DNA of 64,000 nt, from assembly GCF_009914755.1 (NCBI RefSeq), contig NC_060927.1. The stretch is one strand, 5' to 3'. A program made the translations under genes and the position numbers. The notes under the pieces are model-generated. The model saw only the letters and a list, made by a program, of their open reading frames with translations. It searched no databases and was not told the origin of the DNA. Of the stretch, positions 32,272-64,000 are shown one piece after another (positions within the stretch are counted from its first letter, which is position 1; every line of letters begins with the position of its first letter). This DNA is from the human T2T-CHM13v2.0 reference genome, Homo sapiens.

Positions 32272-32696
32272 TGATATGGTTTGACCTGTTTCCCTGCCCA
32301 AATCTCATGTCCCATTGTAATCTCCAAAATTGGAGGTGGGGCCTGGTGGGAGGTGATTTGATCATGGAGGCAGATTTCTCATGAATGAATGGTTTAGTAC
32401 CATCCACTTGGTCTGTCCTTGTGACAGTGAGTGAGTTCTCATGAGATCTGGTTGTTTAAAAGTGTGTAGCACCCCCCCCCACCCTCTTGCTCCTACTTTG
32501 GCCACGTGACAGGCCTGCTCCCACTTCGCCTTCCACCATGATTGTAAGTTTCCTGAGGTCTTCCCAGAAGCTGAGCAGATGCAACATGATGCTTCCTGCA
32601 CAGCCTGCAGAAATGTGAGCCAATTAAACCTGTATTCTTTATAAATTACCTAGTCTCGAGTATTTCTTTAAAGCAGTGTGCAAAGAGACTAATAAA
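32272..32696 (+). mobile_element. MST-type MaLR solo LTR
   Basis: TGATATGGTTTG...CCCAAATCTCATG start; CAATTAAACC...GACTAATA end; CCAGT/CTAGT 5-bp TSD-like flanks. Confidence 0.85.
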
Positions 32697-33629
32697 CTAG
32701 TATTACCCTAATACCAAAACCAAACACAGTACAAAAAAGGAAGAAAACTACAGACTAATATCTTTCATGAATTTAGACACAAAAACCGTCAACAAGTTAA
32801 TAGCAAATTGAATCCAACAAAGTGTTAAAATAATTACACATCATCATCAAGTGGAATACCAGGAATGCAAACCATGTTCAATATTTGAAAAAAATCAATG
32901 TAACCCACTATATTAGCAGGCTAAAGAAAGTGACATGATTATATCAATTGATACAGAGAAAGCATTTGACAAAATCCAACACCCACTTATGATAAACAAG
33001 AAAAAAAACCCTGAGCAAACTAGGAATAGAAGAACTTCTTCAACATCTGTAAAAAACCCACAGTCAATATCTCCCTAAAATCAGGACGAAGATAAAGATG
33101 TTGGCTCTTACCACTCTGACTCATCACAGTACTAGAAGTCTTACCCAGCATGATAAGGCAAGAAAAGGAAAAGAAAGGCATATAGATCAGAAAAGAAAAA
33201 TAAAATTGTCATTTACCAGTGACATGATAAAAATGTTCTATGTAGAAATTTCAAGGAATATTCAAAATTAACTCCCAGAATTAATAAGTAAGATCAGTAA
33301 AGTAATGGGATGCAAGATCAACATATTAAAATAAATCATATTTCTATATAGTAACAAGAACACATGGAAATTGAAACAGACTATTATAATTGCTTCCAAA
33401 ATTGAAATATTTAGGAATAGGTCTAAAAAAACATGACAGGACCAGCATGCTGAAGTGAAAGAAATCAAAGACCTATATAATGGACAGACCATGTTAATTA
33501 ATTAGAAACTCAACATCATAAAGATGTCAATTCTCCCCCAAACTGATACACTGTATAGATTTAATGCAATTTTTATCAAAACTCCAGGATTCTTTTTGTA
33601 AACATAGACAACTTTATTCTAAAATTTAC

Positions 33630-33696
33630 GGCTGGGTGCGGTGGCTCATGCCTGTAATCCTAGCACTTTGGGAGGCTGAGGTGGGTGGATCACCTG
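33630..33696 (+). mobile_element. 3'-truncated Alu (first ~67 bp only)
   Basis: GGCTGGGTGCGGTGGCTCATGCC...GGATCACCTG followed by an abrupt return to L1 sequence. Confidence 0.85.
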
Positions 33697-34864
33697 GAAG
33701 AAAATACAAAATCCAGAAATAAACTCCCACAAATATGCCAGCTGGATCCTTAGAAAGGTATAAGAACAATTCAACAAAGGAAGGGTAGCTTTCTCAACAA
33801 ATGGTTCTCTAAAAATTGGCATAAGCAAAAAGAAGAAGAGGAGGGGGAAGGGAGAAGGGGAAGAAAAGATATTCATCATCCCTAATCATTATAAAAGTAT
33901 AAATCCAGACCATGGTGAGATATCACTGCACTCCTATTGGACTGCTAAATTAAAAAACAATAGTGGTTAACAGGGCCTGGGGGAAGGGGTAACAGGGAGT
34001 TATTGTTTAATGGGTACAAGTTTCAGTTGGGATGATGAAAACATTCTGAAGAATGGGTAGTGGTGACGGTTGCACAAAAGAGTGAAAATAATGCCACTGA
34101 CCTGTATGCTCAGAAATGGCTGAAATTGTAAATTTTATGTTTTGAATTTTTAATGACAATACCAAATGCTGACAGTACTAGGTACCAAAGATGTGGAGAA
34201 ACTGTGCTGGTGGGAATGTAAAATGGTAAAATCAGGCTGGAAAATAGTTTGTCCATTTCTTCACAAACTAAACATAACTTGTCATAGAACTTACTGAACT
34301 CCTTGACATCTATCCCAGAAAAATGAAAACTGTGTCCACACAAAAACATGTATACAACTATTCAGAGCAACTTCATTTGCAATAACCAAAAAGTAGAGAC
34401 AACTAAAATGTCCTTCAATAGGTGAATAGTTAAATCCACTGTGGTACAGCCATACCATAGAATACTACACAGCAATAAAAATGAACTAACTGCTGATACA
34501 CATTACAATTAGGATGGACCTCAAGGACATTACACTCAGTGAAACAAAATACTGTCAAATACTGGAGAGTTCCATTTATATAGCATTCTCCAAATGACAA
34601 AATTATAGAGCACAGATTAGTGGTTGCCAGGGGTTAGGGGTGGTGGGGAGAAGGGAGTTCATGTGACAGTGAACAGCTATGTGTTGGATGCGGTAATGGA
34701 ATAGTTTTGTGTCTTGATTACGAAGGTTGTTACAGATATTCATGTGTCTGATGAACTGGCATAGAACTATACACACACAGTGCACCAATCATATGCTGTC
34801 GTTACCTATGATGTAACCATTGAGGGAAATTGGGTAATGGGTATATGGGACTTCTCAGTACTAT

Positions 34865-35158
34865 TTTTTTTTTTTTTTTGAGACAGAGTCTCACTCTGTT
34901 GCCCAGGCTGGGGCACAGTAGTGCAATCTCAGCTCACAGCAACCTCCATCTCCCGGGTTCAAACAATTCCCTGCCTCAGCCTCCTGAGTAGCTGGGATTA
35001 CAGGCGCCCGCCACCACGCCCGGCTAATTTTTGTATTTTTTTAGTAGAGACCAGGTTTCACTATCATGGCCAGGCTGGTCTTGAACTCCTGACCTTGTGA
35101 TCCACCCGCCTCGGCCTCCCAAAGTGCTGGGATTACAGGTGTGAGCCACCACACCCAG
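34865..35158 (-). mobile_element. AluS-like SINE
   Basis: Alu consensus; CAGTACTATTTTT duplication. Confidence 0.92.
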
Positions 35159-37825
35159 ACAGTACTATTTTTATAACTTCCTATGACTATATAATTATCT
35201 CAAAATAAAAAAGTTAAAAAATTAACTGTATACATTTGAGATGAAAAATTTCCTAAGCTCTCTTTCCCATTCAGAACCAATGGAAAGGAATGTTTCCCTG
35301 AGGACATGGAATTATACACACAGATATCTGAGCTAAGTGGTCACAGAGTGGGGCCCACAGAATGGTCCCACCATCTGTTCTGCTCATGCTGTGCTGCTCT
35401 CTTTAGCTCAGCCATCTCTTCTTCAGTGACAGAGCTCAGGGCCAGGTGACCATGATAGGCCCCACCCACAGCAGCAAAAGGCCAGGAGGCCTGGCTGTGT
35501 TCCCAGTAGCACAGGCACTGGGAGGGCTGCACACACACCCCTGCTTCACAGGGAAACTGTTGTTTCTTGGTAACTGAGGGGATTGCAGAGGCAGGATTGC
35601 CTAGAGGTTAGGAGCATGGCTGTGGAGTCAAATGGCCTGGTGTGATTCCTGACACTGCCACCAACAGCTGTGTGCCTTTGGCCAGGTGATAACTGCCCTG
35701 TGTCACTGCCCCCTCAGAGTTGTTGTAGGGAGTACATTGGTGGACCTGAAGGACTGGTGACCAGACTTTCTGGGAAAGTGTTCCCCAGATTCCACCTGGC
35801 TCAGAGATACGGATTTCACAGACTTTAGCATCTACCATAAGGCCAGCACCATGCTAGACATTTCTTTTTCAAGGTACTCCTTTTGGCAAACCCACTTGAG
35901 TTCCATTCTTCAGATAAAGAGCCAAGATGCACTGAAATTACATGACCTTCTCAGAGACTCCCACCCAAAGAGAGGCACAGCTGGGCTGAACTCCCATCTC
36001 CCTCTGATGGGCGAGCCCAGCTCCTTCCCCCTGCAGGGACCCCTTAGAGCAGGGCCTCCTCACCATCACTGAGCAAACCTGCATAAGTGGCAGTGAACAA
36101 AACTGACACCTGAATCATGCACCTCAACTACAACACCCACATTTGAAAGGAAACCTTCCTTGCCCCCCTTGGAGGAAGTGAGCTCAGTTTTGGGAGAGGC
36201 TGGGGTGTGTATCAAGCACCACTCTCAGTAAAGCTACAGTGGTAGCCATGGTAGGAGTGATTTTTAATATTTCACATACAAAAAAAAACCTGCTTTAAGA
36301 ATTGAGAACCAGGAAAAATTGTTCTTCCACGTGAATGGCTGTGCTTCCTTCTCTCGGGGACTGTGGGTGGCTTACCCATGGACTCCTTTGAACTGGAAGC
36401 CAGTGTCATCCCTGTAAACATGTTAGTCTCCTGTGAGACTGTTTTCACAACCTTTTAAAATTATGATTTTTATTTCCATTATACCAAGTTATCAGTTGCA
36501 TGAATCTTAATCAAAGGTGCCTCTAATTCTTTAAATTAGGCCCAGCAACAACAGAAGGAAAGAAAAAATCCTCTTAGCCTAGCATTCTGGAGACAGAATT
36601 ATATATGTTTATTTGTATCAAGTTTTTTCTGTTATACCTTCCAATTCAAAAATAAAATATTAAAAGGAAGTTTTAGATAAACGGAATCATGAACCCATAA
36701 CAGGAATATATTCATTTTAATATATTCTCCTCCATCATTATCCACTTGCATGAATATTTACTTAAATAATTGTGAGCAAATTTAAAATACCAATTTAGAA
36801 TCTACTTGATATCATTTACCTATAAATGTTACATTTTAAATTTCACATGGGTTCCCAATCATGATTTTTAAGTTTTCTCATATTTCACAAAGTTCAACAT
36901 CTCACATTTACAAATTAACTGATTGGCTCTGCAAAGTCACTATACAGCTTACAGTGCTCAGTCCCTATCCCTGGCTTACATCCTTGAGGTTCCCATGAAC
37001 ACAAAACGTGCCTCTGGAAGAGTCAGGGTACCAAGTCTATCATTTTGCTTCTCTGTATAAATGGAACCATAAATGTGTCCCAAAGCTACTTTGTAGTGGA
37101 AGCATAATTTGTTACCCTTTTGCACTCTCTGCAGTGACTCCCTCCAGGGAATGTATCAGGGCCAGTGGGTGTGACACAATAATTGTACCCCAATGCGGGT
37201 TGAGATTGCCCACCTGAGCCCCATATCTCTGGAGCCAGACAGAAGTCAGTCATGCCCTGCTTGCACTGGGGACAGTTGAGTCCCCCAGCCTGAGCCAGGG
37301 ACAACAGGCTGACTTCTGTGGTCCTTCCTTATTTCTCTTAAAAATCTCTCTTTCATGTTTCCTCTCTTTGGCGTTTCCCTCTGTCACCATTTTAAAAAAA
37401 TGTATCTTCTGTGTTCTTTCCTATTTAGTCAGCATTCTCTTTACTTCATTTCTTTGAACACATTTTGTATTTTTTTTTTTTTTTTTTGAGACAGGGTCTT
37501 ATTCTGTTGCCAGGCTGGAGTGCAGCCTCCACCTCCTGGGCTCAAGCAATTCTCATGCTTCAGCCTCCTGAGTGGCTGGGACTACAGGACCATGTTTTAT
37601 TCAGTTGTTTAGCATTTTAAACTCAAGGCTAAAAATATATCCACTTTCATTCTTCTCCTAATCATTCCAAGTTTTCCCAATTCCCTCTTCTCTTTGAGCC
37701 ATTAGAGCATAACAGCTAAGAGCACTGGCTCTGGGGCTGACTGCTGGGGTTCAAACCCGGTGCCATTTCCCAGGGGTGTCACTGTGGGCAAGTCACCTAA
37801 CCTCTGTATGTGTTGGCTCCCACCT

Positions 37826-38370
37826 ATGTGTTCTAAAACTGGTGCCTGGGATTGGTTTTAATCAGGTGTGGCAAAGCGTGCAGACACAGCAATGATTGTC
37901 ATGAAGGAAGAAGTTTATACTCACAGATCCCTATAAACAAGAGGCCTGGCTCCCCACGCAGGGCCACATGGAGAGCACCAAGGGCAGTCAGGAGGCAGAA
38001 GGGGCGGGGCAGCATAGGCCTGAGCCTTTATTGTGTTTTCTGTAAGAAACGAAGAGGGCAGAACAGGGTAAGCCTTTTAGAATGGGCTAGTTTAAATGGT
38101 TCTGGCTGGCTTTGAGGCATAGGGGCCGTCTCCAGTTGTCTGGTACCTGGCCCTGGGTTGATTTAGGGCAGGAGGAATATTAACTTGCTGTGTGAGAGTT
38201 TGGTAAAGGAGATGATTGTGGGTGTGGGCTGTAGCTTGGTTCGTTTGCATAAAAGGCACTCTCCTTTGCTATCTGGCTAGGCCTGGGAAGGAGAGTCTCT
38301 CCCCAGTCAGCAAGATCACAAATGCCAGAGCACCAAGAATACAGAAAATTAAAAATATACAGAGAATACA
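37826..38370 (-). mobile_element. ERVL-class solo LTR (MER73/MER74-like) inserted in a MIR (~37700-37825 and ~38440-38540)
   Basis: Minus strand begins TGTATTCTCTG...TTTCTGTATTCTTGGTGCTCTGGCAT...GGGGAGAGACT. MIR core (GGGTTCAAACCC...GGCAAGTCACCTAACCTCT / GTTGTGAGGATTAAAT) lies on both sides. Confidence 0.65.
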
Positions 38371-38803
38371 ACTGGCCCTGTGATGGATGCCAGACAAATT
38401 CAGAATCTAAGAGAACACGGAGCACCCTGGCAAGGTGGCCAGTAATAGGACTTACCTCATCTAGCCGTTGTGAGGATTAAATAGATGAGCCCGTGTAAAT
38501 TGTTTAGACGGGTGCCTTGCCTGCAGAAGGCGCCATGAAAGGTGTGCTGTTACTTCTCCCCTTGCTACGCCCCCTTTACTTCCCATGCTGTGTCGTCCCT
38601 CCCTCTCTGTCCTACTCTCAGGCTGCCCAACTCCTTATGGATCCCTCTTCTCAGGTTTCCCCAGCTGCCTGCTTTAATCTACTTTCTCCTAGACAATGTC
38701 CGGACCATTCTCTCACCTGCATCTTATCTTTTGCTTAGACTATTACGCAGTTACCATTTCACATCTCTCAAATTTTACATCTCTTAACTCTTGTGACATT
38801 TAG

Positions 38804-39200
<397 letters not shown>

Positions 39201-39804
39201 TCTGTTCCTCTATTTCAAATTCATTCATTCACTCATTCGGCAATTTGCTTCAGTTTCCTTATGTTTGCCTTTCTCATCTGTCCTCTTTTCCATTTTATTC
39301 CTACTCTGTCTCAGTCCACTTACAGTTATATTTCCTATCTGTGTATTTTATAATATTTGTGCTTTAATACTTTTAAAATATCCTTTATTTTACTGTTTCT
39401 TCTCTTCCCTTGTCATATTTTAAAGTGTTTTATTTCTCAGCCTTCTATATCTTTGCATTAATTCTGTTCCTCTACAATAGAGTCCGTTCCAAGCTTTCTG
39501 TCTTCCTGTGTCCTTCCACGGCTCTGGCTCTCTCTGCATTATTTCCTATTTATGGAATACAAATCTTTTACCCTTGTATTTTTCTCACTCCTCTCCACAC
39601 ACCCCTTGACTCGCCTTTCCCCACGCCCCTCTAGGTGCTTCTTGGTCTTTGCTTTTCCTTTTTATTTCCTCACCATGTCAATTTGTATTTTTCCTCTCTC
39701 TTACTACTGTATCATAAATGGGACTCCCGACAACCACTCCCGTGTGTCTGCCTGGAGGCAGCAGTTTTAAGAATGGTTGGCCACTGAGCCTCACAGAGGG
39801 ACCC

Positions 39805-40144
39805 CTGTCTTATGCTGCAGCAAAGTACCATAGACTGGGTGGCTTACAAACAAATTTATTTCTCACAATTTTGGAGGAGAGAAGTCCAAGAGTCACCTGT
39901 CAGCACGGTCAGGTTCTGGTGTGGGCCTTCTTCCAGGTTGCAGCTGACACCTTCTCATGTCCTCGCATGATATGAACAGGGCTAGAGAGCGTTCTGGGGT
40001 CTCTTTTATAAGGTCACTGGTCCCATCATAAGGACTCTGCCTGTGACCCACTTACCTCCCAAAGGCCCCCCACCTCCAATCACACCAAGGGTTAGAATTT
40101 CAACGTAGGAATTTTGAGAGGACACAAACACTCAGGCTATGACA
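39805..40144 (-). mobile_element. MLT1A/B-type MaLR LTR immediately upstream of FBXW12
   Basis: Minus strand begins TGTCATAGCCTGAGTGTTTGTGTCCTCTCAAAATTCCTACGTTGAA; + strand AAGTACCATAGACTGGGTGGCTTA...ATTTATTTCTCACA. Confidence 0.8.
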
Positions 40145-40303
40145 CGGTCTTTAGAAAATCCCAGAATGAGTTGTCAGGTTCTTGGGAGATCTGTAACTGT
40201 GGGAAAGCGTCACATCCCAGGGAAAGCCACCAGCTGGGAGAGCCATCCCAGACAAGGCCTGCTCCCTTTGGGCGGACCTCTGTGGAGAAGCCAGCTTGGC
40301 ACG

Positions 40304-40405
40304 TTCTTTCTCCTCCACTGCAAAGTTAAATGCGAGAAGGTAGAAACCCAGAGGCCATGCTGGCGCTGAGAGATGAGCCCCACTCACCAGATTCAAGATC
40401 CCAAG
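40304..40405 (+). other. FBXW12: Probable FBXW12 first exon (5' UTR; start approximate)
   Basis: Good donor AAG/GTAGGC at 40405/40406 upstream of the ATG exon. The TSS cannot be fixed from sequence alone. Confidence 0.6.
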
Positions 40406-40852
40406 GTAGGCACAGACACAGGGCAAGCAGACTCCAATTCCAGGAGTTTGGAACTTAAATAGAGTCATAGAGACACTCAGATCTGATCAAAGTGAGTGCA
40501 CTCGGTGACATTTCCTAAAGGGTTCTGACAACTTCATCTGCAACTGGGGCTGCCCCAGGTTCTGCACCTCCAGCTCACAGCGCACAGGTGTTGCTGAGCT
40601 CCTCTAAACAATGAACAGCACTAACAAGTGGGTTTAGGTAGGGATGCCTGCCAGCTGTGTGGATCAGGCCCCAGGGGAGAGGCCGGGGTGGAGGTCAGCC
40701 CGGGAGTCTGCACACCTGCAGCTTGTTTCTACCGCACACAGATGGGCATGGGTGAAAATCTTTACAAGTGCTGCAGACTTTGGCAAAGCCTTTAAATTCA
40801 GAGCAGCCCGGAGAGGAGAAAGGAAAGTGGATGTGGGTTCAGGCCGCATGAA

Positions 40853-62727
<21,875 letters not shown>

Positions 62728-62771
62728 TATGGAAACTAACAAAATTGACCTTGCATCATCTTCTGCAATGT

Positions 62772-62777
62772 AGTAAA
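62772..62777 (+). terminator. FBXW12: Probable poly(A) signal (variant AGTAAA) of FBXW12
   Basis: First PAS-like hexamer after the stop, 45 nt downstream, followed by T-rich sequence. Confidence 0.6.
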
Positions 62778-62812
62778 GAAATTCTATTTGCAAGCCCAGA
62801 ATGATTATTTTA

Positions 62813-62992
<180 letters not shown>

Positions 62993-64000
62993 TTAAAGAA
63001 CAATGAAAGTGGACATATGACATGGCTGAAGAGATCTGGTTAAGCCATTTTCTTGATTATAAGAGAACAGAGTCTATAAGGTAATACATGGGCAGTGGAG
63101 ACCAAAGTAGAAGATAAGACAGAGGGAGAGAAATGTGTAGAATCATGTACAAAGAATGTCACTTGCCAAAGGGAACAGGAATAAGTAGAGGATCCCACAA
63201 GGATCTGCAATTCCCAGATAACTTAGGTTAAAAAGGGGGTAAAATTGAATTGCTGTTGGGTTTTCATTTTCCAGAAACATGGTGGAAATGCATAGCACCT
63301 CAGCATTGTTCAAAACTGCAAACACAAAGCAAAACTAAAAAAATCCATGGTTAGATGGCTGGAATAGAATAGAAACTTCCAAAATTGGAGAATGAAGAAA
63401 ATCCAGAAAATTCAACAAATGCTGAAGTTAATGTCTTATTTCATAGAATTCCAAAGGCTACATGATGAAATACAGGCCTCCACCAAATTGGTGGTGAGAT
63501 CAGAAATCTACAAGATCCGGGACCCTCAGAAAAGTAATACTCCTTGTAGGTAAACTGAGGGAAAATCTATTCGTTAGAGAAGGATGAACAGCTACCTCCC
63601 TCAGCTTCAGAGATGGGTGAAATCAAGACAGAGAAACAATTATCTTCAGAGAATTCCTAACCATAACCAAAGTCACATTTGGGGTTTATATCAGTCAAGG
63701 TCCCAGGATGATAAAGATGACACATACAAATTAAGGTAATTTGAGGAAGGTTTAATAAAGGAACTATTATAATTTGGGGCACAGTTTTTTTCTTTTTAAG
63801 TAGATGAATTGGCTCTCCAGTCTGTGGCTCTCCCATCCCATCCCTCCCCACAGACCTCATCTGACGGCTATTGCCCTTTGGTAAGATAGTGCCTTCTGGT
63901 TATAACAGCCTAGGCTGCTACAGCCATTCAGAGCTCTCTGACCCAAAGATTCCCATCTGCTCCCACGCCCCTGCTGCTGAGCAACATCACCTAGACACAA

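Overview
Primate genomic DNA, almost certainly human chr3p21.31, identified from the encoded protein. The right third holds the complete + strand gene FBXW12 (F-box/WD40 protein). I traced 10 coding exons between 40853 and 62727, all with GT-AG borders, giving a 1395-nt CDS and 464 aa. There is also a probable upstream exon ending at 40405 and an AGTAAA poly(A) signal. Positions 1-4341 are the 5' half of a minus-strand HERV-W (HERV17/LTR17) element that lacks U3 and looks like an L1-made processed pseudogene. The rest is mostly interspersed repeats: roughly 40 Alus, old L1s, MaLR/ERV LTRs, a Tigger3 transposon, MIR/L2 and a 7SL retrocopy. Most ORFs in the supplied track are repeat-derived noise. 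I see no evidence of a wholly new multi-gene system. The most interesting signals are the HERV-W copy (Ile-type rather than Trp PBS, deleted gag start, a newly created consensus splice donor inside gag pointing toward where SPINK8 should lie), a poly(A)-tailed THE1 LTR retrocopy with a target-site duplication, an in-frame F-box-less FBXW12 isoform, and several palindromes or repair scars. Repeat subfamily names and boundaries are by eye and approximate.
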